From positions 82,708,001 through 82,772,000 of the forward strand of contig NC_135889.1 in NCBI RefSeq assembly GCF_964194155.1: a DNA stretch of 64,000 nucleotides, read 5' to 3'. Positions 14,017 through 25,789 of the stretch are shown one piece after another. The notes beneath the pieces are model-generated. The model was not told where the DNA came from, ran no database searches, and saw only the letters and a list, made by a program, of their open reading frames with translations. Numbering within the stretch: the stretch's first letter is position 1; every line of letters starts with the position of its first letter. Origin of the DNA: Cetorhinus maximus. Its lineage: Eukaryota. Made by a program: the position numbers and the translations under genes.

Positions 14017-14180
14017 GCGTGATATGAAGCACTTTGGAATTAAAGTTTCTTGTATCGAACCTGGAATTTTTGTAACCAAATTGACTGATTGCAGCTTACA
14101 GCATCATGAAAAGCAAGACATCTGGAGCCACCTCCCGCCTGATGTGAAAAAACAATATGGAGAAGATTATTTAATACAAT
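14017..14180 (+). CDS. SDR9C-family dehydrogenase, coding exon 3
   Basis: Acceptor ctctttactcAG|; (R)RDMKHFGIKVSCIEPGIFVTKL...WSHLPPDVKKQYGEDYLIQ; donor T|GTAAGA at 14181; 164 nt. Confidence 0.95.
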
Positions 14181-15148
14181 GTAAGAAATATATAACACTT
14201 TTAACTTTTCTAAGAAACTTTCAGCCGGAAGAATTACACTTTGAATATGAGCAAACATTTTAATATTCCTATTTTAATGATAGCCCATTTAAAATAAATA
14301 ATTGAATGCTTCTGTTAAAATAGTGAATAAAGGAGTATGCACCAATATTTGAGCAGAGTAATACCAATATAAATAGTCGTTTGGTAGTACGGCAATTTTT
14401 TTCAGCAATTTTTTTCAGCAATACTTCACATCAATATCTTGGTGTTTACCACAAAACTAAACAATTGCACATTTGTCTGAAATGCCTACAGCTATACTTT
14501 ATAAACATAAGTCCTGAACTGATTAACCTTAGTTCATTACGAAGAAAAGCTTCATAGATTTCTGTGACTGTTAAAGGAAGTTTGGTCACTGCTAACTTAA
14601 AAGCAACAATCAATTTCAGTCTCATTTCGTACTTAAATGATAAGCTTAAAAAGTTATAATTTGTTGCAGTACAATATTGTATAATCATGCCATGAATCTC
14701 TCACAACATGTATAATTATTGCACTTCCTTAGGCCATACAACAAACAATTAAATTATTGTATATTAGAGCTTCTGTTTGTCTAAAAGTTAGTTTGAGTGG
14801 GGCCCCACTCCTGGACTGTTCAAGGAAGGCTGAACGCTTTGAACTATGTATTTTAGCTCATGTAAGTCAATTAGAACAGGAATTTGCAGTTTTTAATGGG
14901 AGTATTGTGTATATATAGTAGGCCAGCAAGATCTGCATAAAGGGAACATACAGATTAACATTCCAGGCATAACCCCTTCATCAGAACTGGAAAGTAAGTG
15001 AGCCCTTTCATGTAACTGAGTAAAATGAAGTGAACAGGGGAAGGGGAAAGATGAGTCATAGCTGGTAGTATGCCCAAACAAGTCTTGGAGGAACTGGAAT
15101 GACATGAAACTGGTGGAGATCATCTCAGTGAAGCAATTAGAAGACGTC

Positions 15149-17180
15149 GGGTGGAATCACCCCAGATTTACACTAAGTGCAGTACTGGGTGGGGAAAAGG
15201 ACATTGTACCCGCTGGCTGCAATGGCGAGTTTTCGCGCTGTATCATCCCATTCCTGCCTCTTTAATTATGCATTCCTGGGAAACATGCCAGGTTGCTGGT
15301 GGGGGCGGCCTCTGATTCACCTATCCCGCCGTCACCTCAGGCTTTCAGTAAATCGGGTGTCATATTTAAAGGCCGCCCCTGCACAGAGCTAGCACTCTTC
15401 AAGGCATAGGAAGCTGCTACGAACTGATGGCTGCCAAAGGGAGGAAATGTGCTGCCCCCAGATTTAGCGACACCTCTCTGAAATGCCTACTGGACACAGT
15501 GGAGGCCCGCTGCGATATTCTCTATCCCTGCTGTGGGCGTAGGCCAACAAACAAGGTCATCAATCCAGCATGGGAGGTGGTAGCAGCAGTGGTCAGCCAC
15601 AATGGCCAGAAAAGGAGGGCAGCCACCAAGTGCAGGAAGAGGACGAATGATCTCATCCTTGCTGCCAGGGTAAGTCACTCTTCTCATCACTCTCAACTCA
15701 CACATTCACAAACCCATCACACATCCACAGGGATCTCACACCTCAAGGGACATCATCATTAACTCTCACACACATCCTCACATCTCAGTTAGGTTCATAT
15801 CCTCTGGAGCTCGTGTCCTCATCCCATCCATGGCTCTGCTCACCACACAAAAATCCCACGCAGTGCCATGCATCCTACCCACACCCTCTCCGTCTGTTTT
15901 TATGCAGGAGAAGCTGCCTCACAACAGCAAGGTGACGTCCCAGACCCGGGTGGAGTGTTCCACATTAGGCCCCTCACTCACTTTGAGGAAGGTGCCATCA
16001 CGCTGACTGGTGAGGACATGGACTGTGCCTGCGGCAATGGTGAAGTCTCGTGAGGATCCTTCACCACATCATCCCTCTCTCAACAGAACTGTGAGTGCTC
16101 TCTCTCCTGTTTTTGACTCTGCTGCCATGCACTAATTGCCTCTACTTTGGTTCACAGGGAGCTCTGCCAAGTGACCAAAACCCTCAGCCAGCCAGTCCCT
16201 CAGCTCCATCCAGGTCCTCACCTCCAGCCAGGAGCACACCTCCTCCATTGAAGAGCTGGAAATAAGCAGCCTGGAAGACCTGTCACAGCGCTTACCCACA
16301 CCCTCCACCAGCACAGAGACACACACCTTGGTGGGACCTAGATCTAGAGCAGGTTCACAATCTGGTGGTCATCGCACTTGTCGCAGCAGGAGGAAGCAGG
16401 TTCAGCCGAGATCCCCGGCACTTGGAGGACAGCTGGGGAAGAGGTACCTGTGAGGTCTGAGTCAGGTGACGAGCCTCTGGATTCGGCTTTCCAATTCATC
16501 GTGGGGAGTCAGTGGATGGCGGGGGAACTTCTTATAGAGTTGTTGAAACCCTCAACAGAGTGGCATTCAAGTCAGAGGAGTGCGTCCACCTGCTTTCTGA
16601 TGGAGTGATGCTCACATGATCGTGTATGGAGGCCTCCATGGGAAGGATTTCAGACGCCATGGAGACCCTGGTCCCGCAGAACGTAGAGATGCGCGCAGAC
16701 CTGCCCTCCATCGTGGTAGCCATGGGTGAGCTCCTGCAGTAGCAACACGAGGGAAACAGGGCACATCGATGTCTTCCCAGGTGCTCCTTCCCCTCAAGGA
16801 GTCAGGCCAGGGCCCTCAGGCACCCAAAGGGAGGAGGACCAGCAGCTGGACACCCCTGGGTCATCCACTCAGGAATCTCAGAGGCTGTCCTCTTCCTCTG
16901 AGCCTCCCTCAACCTCATCCTCTGTCATCGCAGAGGGAGCAGCTGGCCCACAGAAGGACAGCCAAAGCAAGCCAGGGGCCTCAAGACCTCGAACCTCCAG
17001 AGGACCCACGCCAAAGTGATCAGAGGCAACAGGGCCAACTGTTGTACAGACTGTCTCCATCCCTGTTGCAGATGTCAGGGCAGCACCTAGAAGAAGTGGT
17101 ATGCCTAAAAAAGTTAAGAATTTCTGATCATAGCTGGTTGCACGGGTGAACAGATTTTGTCACTTTATAATCTGACAATA
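15149..17180 (+). mobile_element. Harbinger element copy 1: left terminus plus spliced Myb/SANT-like (NAIF1/MSANTD-type) gene
   Basis: Terminus GGGTGGAATC..CCCAGATTT shared with 19590; exon 15427-15669 APRFSDTSLKCLLDTVEARCDILY...WEVVAAVVS...KCRKRTNDL; donor GTAAGT at 15670; acceptor at 15907 then EKLPHNSK. Confidence 0.85.
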
Positions 17181-17189
17181 GATGGAGAG

Positions 17190-17585
17190 AAAATGGTGTA
17201 GTGGTGATGTTGCTGGGCTAGTAATCCGGAGGCCCAGGCTAATGCTCTGAGGATATGGGTTCAAATCCCACAATGGTAGCTGGTGGAATTTGAATTCCAT
17301 TAATAAATCTGGAGTATAAAGCTAGGCTCAATGACGGTGACCATGAAACCACCATCGATTGTCGTAAAAATCCATCTGGTTCACTCATGTCCTTTTAGGA
17401 AGGAAATCTGTCATCCTCACTTGGTCTGGCCAGGCCTGTGACTCCAGATCTACAGTAATGTGGTTGACTCTTAACTGTCCTCTGAAAGGGCCTAGCAAAC
17501 CATTCAGTTTAAGGGCAATTCTAGATGGGAAACAAATGCTGGCCTTCCCAGTGACACCCGCATCCCATGAAAGAATAAAGAAAAA
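17190..17585 (+). mobile_element. tRNA-derived SINE with LINE-like 3' tail
   Basis: A-box-like tggtgtagtgg and B-box-like ggttcaaatcc; tail gggcaatt...catcccatgaaagaataaa resembles the LINE 3' end at 6155-6310. Confidence 0.8.
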
Positions 17586-18677
17586 ATATATATTCACTTT
17601 CACTGGATAATGTGTAATGGTGTAATCAGCTTCATTTACAGGCTTCGCAAACCCTCCCCCTGCATTCCCCACCTGCCCCCTGCCCCGACTAGCAGCTCAG
17701 CTGCACATGGCTGGACCACGAGTGATTCTGGGGGGAGCAGTGTGTGTGTGTGGCAGGGCCTTTCGGAGCCTCAGGCAAGCACTCTCCCACACAAGCAGAG
17801 CCTTCCTCCATCACATTTATCTCACTGTCCTGAGCATTTTGAATTCTGCCTGCTGGGGTTCTCTTTCAGTTGTCCATCTGAGCTGACCTGCATCTCTGCC
17901 CATCCACTTCATGCACTCCCATGCAGCACCTGTGCCCGCCCAACACGAGGCTCCTTTCACTTTTGATTTTAAAGCATTGTGGTTGTTAAGTATGTCTTCA
18001 GCCCTCTGGTCCTCTCCCCTCCCTCAGTCAACCATGTTCTTTCCCCCCTCGCTGTTGACTACCCTGGCATCGCCTTCCACCTCCCTACTTTCAACTACCA
18101 GCCAGAACCCTTTTCTTTCCGGGATGCCCAGGTGAACGCGCACATTCCCTATCTTCCCGAGATTTCCACCCCCATTCACGTTGACCTCCCCGACCTCCTC
18201 CTTTCCACTCCCAGTGTCCGTGCCTGCCTCCGTGTCCTCAGCAACCACCTTCGCTGTCCCTTCTACCGCTACCATCGCACCCTCACCCTCCCACTCTCCC
18301 TGCTCCTTCTGCCCTCTCTCATTCTCACCATTCCCTCCCAGCATGCCCACCCTTATTTCACTCCCCAGGAGGCAGTATTGTCTCTACAAACCCCTCCCTT
18401 GCACACTCACCTGGTCATCCCAGCCCCCTTAGCCCTTCCTCCACCCTTATTCCTTCCTCCCCCTGAACACCTTCCCCCTCTCCAAACTCCTTCCTTCCCC
18501 CCAGACTCCTTCCCCACTTCAAACTCCTTCCTCCCCTGAAATCCCTCCCCTCCTCCGAACTCCTTTCCTTCCACCTTCCTCCCCCTTGCACCTACCTCCA
18601 TAGTTGCTGCATTTTCCCCCATTACACTCTCCACCCCCCGTTCTGCCTCCCCGCTCCCAACCTCACCCCACCCACGA

Positions 18678-18851
18678 CACCATCACTCCCCCACTCCCAA
18701 CCTCACTCCCACAACACCATCGCTTCCCCACTCCCAACCTCACTCCCCCAACACCATCGCTTCCCCACTCCCAACCTCACTCCCCCAACACCATCGCTCC
18801 CCCACTCCCAACCTCACTCCCCCAACACCATTGCTTCCCCACTCCCAACCT
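18678..18851. repeat. 37-bp C-rich minisatellite, about 4.7 copies
   Basis: Unit caccatcgcttccccactcccaacctcactcccccaa starting at 18678, 18715, 18752, 18789 and 18826. Confidence 0.92.
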
Positions 18852-18869
18852 CTCTAGCCCCGACATGTG

Positions 18870-19589
18870 AGACAAGACTAGAGGTTATAAAAGGAATAAA
18901 AGGATAAAACTAAAAGCTCTATATCTGAATGCATGAAGCATTCAAAAGAAAACAGATGAACTGAGAGTGCACATAGAAATAAATAAGTACGATTTGATAA
19001 CCATTACAGAGACATAGCTGCAGGAGGACATGGCTTGAGACCTGAAAATCAAAGAGTATGGGGCATTTAGGAAGGACAGGAGGTGAGGGAAAGATGGAGA
19101 GATGGCCCTATTAATCAATGATGGTACTCGCACAATTAGCGGGATGACCTAAATTCAGGAAACCAGGATGTGGAGACAGTTTGGGTAGAGGTGAGAAATG
19201 TTAAAGACAAGAAGTCACTTGTGGAAGTCATGTACAGGCCTCCTATTAGTAACCACATAGTAGAATGGAGCATAAAGGAAGAAATAAAGGGAGCTTGTCA
19301 GAAAGGCACAGTGATAATCATGGGAGATTTTAATCTACATATAAACTGGAAAAGTCAGATGGGCAAAGGTAGCCCAGATGAGGAGTTCATAGAATATTTC
19401 TGGGATAGTTTCTTAGAACAGCATGTTCTGGAGCCAACCAGAGAGCAGGCTATACTGGACCTGGTATTGTGCAACGAGATAGGATTAATTAATGATCTCA
19501 ATAGTGAAAGCGCTCCTAGGTAGGGGCGACCATAATATGCTTGAATTTTACATTCAGTTTGAGGGAGAGAGGAGTGGGTATAAGCCTAT
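18870..19589 (+). mobile_element. CR1 LINE ORF2, apurinic-like endonuclease part
   Basis: ETVWVEV, MYRPP, IIMGDFNLHINW, PTREQAILDLVLCNE. Confidence 0.9.
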
Positions 19590-21502
19590 GGGTGGAATCG
19601 TCCCAGATTTGCACTGAGTGCAGTAGCGGGCGGGTAAAACAACATTTATCTGCCGGTTGCGATGGCGGGTTTTCACACCATATCCTCTCAAACCCGTCAC
19701 GTTATTTCTGCATTCATGGGAAACACACTGTTTCCATGGTGGGCGGGGGAGCCTGCTGCTTCATCACACCAGCCGTCATATTTAAAGTTCAACCTCGCAC
19801 ACACATCTCAGTGCTTCCAGCCCATGACTGCTGCAGGGAAGATGTCCATGAAAGGCAAAAGACTGCAGCCCCCAGGTTCAGCGACATGCCACTGGAATGC
19901 CTTTTGGATGCCATGGAGGTTCACTGAGATGTCCTCTACCCCAGCTCTGGCTGCAGGATGGGCAGTGCCATGACCAACCAGGCATGTGAGGTGGTGGCAG
20001 TGGTGGTCAGCGCCAATGACCTTCAAAAGAGGACAGCCACCCAGTGCTGCAAGAGGATGAAAGATCTCCTCCATTCCACCAGGGTAAGTCACTCTTCTCA
20101 TCACTCTCAACTCACACACTCACAAACCCATCACACATCCATAGGACCCTCACTCACTGCCAGTGCAAGAGACATCACCATTCACTCTCTCAATCTCAAC
20201 GACATTGTCCTCATCCCATCCATGGGACCACTCACCACCCACACATGCCAGGCATACTTATCATCTGCCTTGGCAGGCATCCTGCTTACACTTCCTCCTT
20301 CTCTATTCATGCAGGACAAGCTGCCACACAACAAGAAGGAGAGGTCGCAGACCGCTGGAGGAATGCCTGAAATCAAGGTCCTCACGGACTTTGAAAACAG
20401 AGCCATCCAGCCGGCGACAATATGGACCAGTCCCGTGCTGACAGTGAGGTCAGCTCTACCAGTGAGGATCCAGCAGTGCCACATCTATCAGACAACCATG
20501 CTGTGCGTGATGTGTCCTGTTTCACAGGTCATTACCATGCACTAATTATCTCCCCTTGCTTCTGCAGGCACATCTGCCAAACAGCCAGGGCCTCCAATCA
20601 AGTTCCGAAGAAACCTCTAAAGATGAATCTGGAGGCACCCTCCCTGAAGTCCCAAAACAGCGCTCACCCACACCCTCCACCAGTACAGAGACACACATCT
20701 CGGTGGGACCTAGCTTTAGAATAGCCTCGGGACTAAAAGTCTGGAGGGCACATCACACTGTCTGATCCACAGCAGGCGGCGGCAGGGACTTCCCAGGTAT
20801 CTGGCACTCAGAGGACTGCTGGAGGCCAGATATTTGCTGAGTCCGAGTCAGGTGATTAGCCTCTGGACTCGGTCAAGTCTCAGTTGCTGGAGCTGCAAAG
20901 GCAAGCTCGGGAACATCAGGAAGGGATGTCCACTGCACTCCTCAGAGAAGTCCGTCCACCTACACTTTGAGGTGATAGCGCCGGCATGCCAACACACTGA
21001 GGTTAACACGGGTAGGATGGCGGCCGCCGTAGAGACCTTGATCCAGGAAATCGCTCCTGCACTGCTGCATGGGCTCAACTCCATCACTCATGCAATAGTT
21101 GGCCTCCAACAGTGTGTAAGCAAGAGGGGTGCCAGGTAGTTCAATCTCACTCCAGCTACCCCTTCTCCTCAAGGATTCAGCCAGGGGCCCTCGGGCACCC
21201 ATGGGGAGGAGGATCAGCAGGTGCACACCCCAGGGCCATCCGTCCAGGTGACTCTGGGAGTGCCCGGCCCATCTGAATCCCCTCTTTCTGTGACTTCAGC
21301 AGCTCCAGCTTCACAGGCCGAGGAGGATGCCACTGCTACAAAGCAGGACCCCGAAAGCAAGCTAGGGCCCTCCAGAGGATGCCTGCCAAGGTGTCAGACA
21401 GGGCGTTGCAGTCAGCAAGCTGCCTTCACCTCCACTGTGGAAGTCCAGGGAGCAGCAAAATGTAGCGGCAGGGTTAGGAAAGTTAAGAAGAATTAGGTAC
21501 AC

Positions 21503-22020
21503 TGTCACGGAAAACGGAGTGAACGCTCAGACCCAGGAGGTTTGTCTCGGAAGCCTTTATTGAATCGTGATATCACGGAGGGCCCAGCAGCATACAACGG
21601 AGCTAGCCGGCACTCTGAGGAAGCATCAGAGTACACAGTACTCTTATAGCAAAAGCGTGCGTAATTAATAACATTGAAATTTTATCTTTGGCATGCATAC
21701 AATTGTTCTGTCTTAGTTTATAATTACGCAAAAACCTCGAGTAGTTACACAAAACCTTGAGTAGCCCATCTGGCGACTAGTCATCTGGACAGACAACAGG
21801 TAGCATGACTAGGCCCTGTCTCATGTGCTGATAACAGACATCCTAACTTTGTTTCAAGGACTCTTGGTAGTTTGTTTATGATACTTGTTTTTCTTCCTTC
21901 ACGATAGCTGATAGCGCAGGTTTGTCTGCTACTGGTGCAAGGAGACTTCGTTGTAGTATTCCACTATGGTTTAACCACTTAACCCTTTGTTATCCTGTAG
22001 ATGTATTTTATTCTCCCACA
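21503..22020 (-). mobile_element. Solo LTR (518 bp) with 5-bp TSD
   Basis: TG...CA ends; TACAC at 21498-21502 and 22021-22025; minus-strand AATAAA near 21556 and TATA-like motif near 21645; flanks rejoin Harbinger sequence. Confidence 0.85.
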
Positions 22021-22725
22021 TACACAGCCTGGGCATGGGTGTTAATCACTTGTACATACTGTTCACTATTGTCAATAAACTCCCAAGATTTCTCCCTGCC
22101 AATGGCTCCTTGTTCTGATGAGCAGTGTTCATGTGACTCTGATGTGAAACCTTTCTGCACAAGATAAAGGCAGTTGCAACACGGCCTCTTCCCTGTGCTC
22201 TGTGCAGCCTTCAGACCAAAGTGATGGTCCGGCCTCACGCTCCCTGGAAACGTTACCGATGCCTGCACCTCAGCGGTGCTGGTCATTACTGCCAGAATGT
22301 CGTGGGCAGGCACCACACAGTTCTCTCATTCTCTCTGTGTGCTCTCAGCAGCTTTGAGGTGGGGCTGGCCCCCATCTCTTCAGCATCTGTGACCACTGAC
22401 ACTGTGCACCTGAGGGGCTCAGATGCTGAAGGCGGACAAAGGATCAGATGCTTCTAAAGTTTCATGGCTGCATCTCTGACCCTGATCACAGAGCACAAGT
22501 GAGCTACCCTCAGCCAAACAGGAGTCAGACATTCTCAGAGGCTATGTGCAGATCTATGGAGTGTCCTCACTGCATGTCGTCATCATCCTCCTGAATCATG
22601 CAACTATTGGTTGCCTCCACTGCGTCTCCATGACAGGAGCATTCTCACAAAAGGTATTCGCGCTGCCATAAGCCAAAGTGGAGTCAAACGTTCACAGATG
22701 CAATGTGAGGATCTATGCAGTCAGC

Positions 22726-23900
22726 TCACTGCACGTCGCCATCACCCACCACAAATCTAGCTGCTATGATGGCCTCCCGAGCATGCCTGCCTTGTCTAGC
22801 CAATGCGAAGGCCTCATCTCTGTCATCATCGCCTTCGAGAACCACCTCATCCTCATCCCGTCAGTGCCCTCCTCATCGGAGGAGACCTCCAGCTCCTCTT
22901 CAGCCAACTCGTTTCCCCATTGCAGTGCCAGGTTATAAAGGGCGCAGCAGATGATGATGATGTGTGACACCCTCTGTGGACTGTATTACAGGGCTCCACC
23001 AGACCGGTCCAGGCACCCGAACCTCATCTTCAGCACCCTGACGGTCTGCTCTACCAAGTTGTGAGTTGCAGCATGAGCTTCATTATACCGTCGCTCTGCT
23101 GCAGTCTGAGGCCGCCGCACGGGTGTCATCAGCCACGGGCTCTGCGGGTAGCCCTTGTCCCCAAGGAGCCAACCCTGCAGCTTTTGTGGACCCTGGAAGA
23201 TTGCAGAGATCTGTGACCAACTGTGGATGTAGGAGTCATGCACCCTTCCTGGAAACCGTGCACACACCTGCAGGATGTGTTTGTGGTGGTCGCACATCAG
23301 CTGCACATTCAGCGAGTGGGCCCCCTTGCGGTTGATGTTGTTTACCGTGTGTTGCGACGGAGATCTGAGCGCCACATGAGTGCAGTCGATCACACCCTGC
23401 ACCCATGGGAAACCTGAGATCTGGGTGAATCCAATCGCTTTTGCATCCTGGCTGTTCTGCTCCTGGGCAAAATGCACAAAGTTGTGTGCCCTCACAAAGC
23501 TGGCATCTGTGACATCATCGATGTGTTTGTAGGTGGAGGCTTGTGAGATCCCACAGAGGTCTCCTGTGGAGCCCTGAAAGGAGCCGCTGGCACAGAAATT
23601 GAGCACCGCGGTCACTTTCACAGTCACTAGCAATGGCATGCCCCCGTGGTGCCTAATCCTGCAGTAGCTGGCAGATGTGACCAACGAGTTCCATAGACAT
23701 GCGCAGTCTTTGGCGACACTGGTTCTTGGTCATCTGCAGGAATCAAAAGCAGCATCTATAGACCCTGGGTGTCACTAGGCGCCGATCAGCGGCGGCTCGC
23801 TGTGGCTCTTCTGTGGTGTGTGTGGGAGCCCCAGGCACCTCTTCTTCCTGAGGTTGCTGCTCCTGCCTCTGCACAGCCAGGAGCCTCAGTCGCTCTCTCC
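22726..23900 (-). pseudogene. Harbinger (HARBI1-like) transposase
   Basis: ORF 22986-23684: LNFCASGSFQG, GVIDCTHV, SLNVQLMCD, FPGRVHDS, LLGDKGYP, HNLVEQTVRVLKMRF; premature stop at 22986; natural C-terminus AREAIIAARF...VQ* ends near 22726. Confidence 0.92.
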
Positions 23901-23919
23901 TCCGTTGTCTTCGCTCTCT

Positions 23920-25115
23920 GTGGTTACTAGAAAGGTTAAAGATTGTATCAAACTTGAAGAAAAAGTGTATAATTGTGCAAAGATAGGTGGAAGGTCAGAA
24001 GATTGGACAGAATATAAGGAACGGCAAAGGATGACTAAAATATTAATAAGGATGGATAAATTAAAGTACATGAGAAAGCTAGCCAGAAATATAAAAACAG
24101 CTAGTAAGAGTTTCTATAAATATTTAAAAAAGAAATGAGTTAACAAAGTGAGCGCTGGTCCTATAGAAAATGAGTCTGGAGGATTGATAGTGGAAAACAA
24201 GGAAATGGCAGATGAATTGAACAGGTATTTTGCATCAGTCTTCACTATAGAGGATATAAGTAACATCCCAGTGGCCACTATAAATCAGGAAATGGAAGGG
24301 AGGGAAGAACTCAGGAAAATTACAATCACAGCGAAGTGGTACTGAGTAAATTGTTGGACCTGCGGGCTGACAAGTGTCCGGGTCCTGATGGACTTCATCC
24401 TAGAGTCTTAAAAGAAGTGGCTAATGAGATAGTTGATGCATTGGTTTTAATTTTCTGAAACTTTCTAGATTGGGAAAAGGTCCCATTAGATTGGAAGATA
24501 GCAAATTTAATTCCATTATTCAAAAAGGGAGGGAGACAGAAAGCGGGAAACTACAGGCCAGTTAGCTTAACATCTGTCATAGGGAAAATGTTAGAAGCTA
24601 TTATTAAAGAAGCTATTGCAGGACACTTAGATTAATTCAAGGTAATCAGGCAGAGTCAACTTGAGTTTGTGAATGGGAAATCATGTCTACCCAACTTATT
24701 GGAGTTCTTTGAGGAAGTAATATGTGCTGTGGATAAAGGAGAACAGGTGGATGTACTGTACTTAGATTTCCAGAAGGCATTTGATAAATTGCCATATCAA
24801 AGGTTATTGAGGAAAATAAAAGCTCATGGTATAGGGGGTAACATAATGGCATGAATAGAAGATTGGTTGGCTAACAGGAAGCAGAGACTAGGCATAAATG
24901 GGTCTTTTTCAGGCTGGCAAGATGTAATGAGTGGTGTGCCACAGGGATCAGGGCTGGGACCTTAACTCTTTATAATTTATTTAAATGACTTGGATGAAGG
25001 GATGGATGCGATGGTTGCCAAATTTGCTGATGACACAGATAAGTAGGAAAGTAATTTGTGAAGAGGACATAAAGAGGCTACAAAAATATATAGATACATT
25101 AAGTGAGTGGGCAAA
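23920..25115 (+). mobile_element. CR1 LINE ORF2 RT part (continuation of 18870-19589)
   Basis: MADELNRYFASVFT, GPDGLHP, GKSCLPNLLEFFEE, YLDFQKAFDK, FADDT; in-frame stops. Confidence 0.92.
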
Positions 25116-25789
25116 GACCTACTCTGCCCTTTGTTCGTATGTTTGTATGACACAATCATTCCCCCAACTCCCAACCTCACCACCCCTTCGGTACACCTTC
25201 CTCTCCCAGTCAAACCTAAACATTCCTCTCCCACTAACCCCCTGCTGCCAAACCTGGGTAAACCTTCCTCTACCACTCACAGCTGGACCTTCCTCTCCAC
25301 TCCCTCGATGATCAACCATAGCAGACCATGGCCAAGACACTGATGTCCTGAAACAGACCCCAGACATCAGCAGTCACCTTCCACCTTCTGCAAGCTGCTT
25401 CGTGGTGGAGCCATGTTAACATAACTCCACCCAGCATGCGATACTCGTGTTCCTCCAGGTTCCGGTAGCTGAGGGGTTCTGGCATCTTCTGCTCCCCGGA
25501 TGTCTGCAATGTGAGGAAGGCCCCTAACGATAAGTCCCGACTTCTGCACATCACACTTGTCAAGATATGTTCTGGGCCGGCGTGTTTTCCCACCGGCGTC
25601 AGCGGCAAGTTTAGCATGGGGGGATGATTCCAGCGAGCAAGGCTTATAATGGTATTAAAACGTTGTCCTCAATGTCCAGTGGTGGGAAACACAGCCCCCA
25701 TTGACGGGCAGAGCAGACAATCACAAACTGGTTTCACGATGGCTTGAAACTGATTTTTTTGGCCTTCCAGTCACATGATTTGCTCATTA

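Larger units (their letters stand above)
19590..23920. mobile_element. Harbinger element copy 2 with convergent Myb/SANT gene (+) and transposase (-); right terminus lost
   Basis: Left terminus GGGTGGAATCGTCCCAGATTT; Myb remnant about 19848-21496 with TAAPRFSD, QCCKRMKDL, GTAAGT intron and DKLPHNKKERSQTAGG; transposase on the opposite strand. Confidence 0.88.

Noticed and set aside
17190-17290. tRNA gene
   Set aside because: A/B-box-like head continues into a SINE body repeated several times in the window; no convincing cloverleaf
18678-18851. Possible CRISPR-like array (37-bp period)
   Set aside because: Head-to-tail tandem units with no unique spacers, eukaryotic context, no cas genes
17911-18870. 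Pro/Ser/Thr-rich ORFs
   Set aside because: Products of C-rich low-complexity DNA and the 37-bp minisatellite
22986-23684. Domesticated HARBI1 host gene
   Set aside because: Premature stop, disrupted N-terminus, located within a transposon nested in a CR1; multiple related decayed copies nearby
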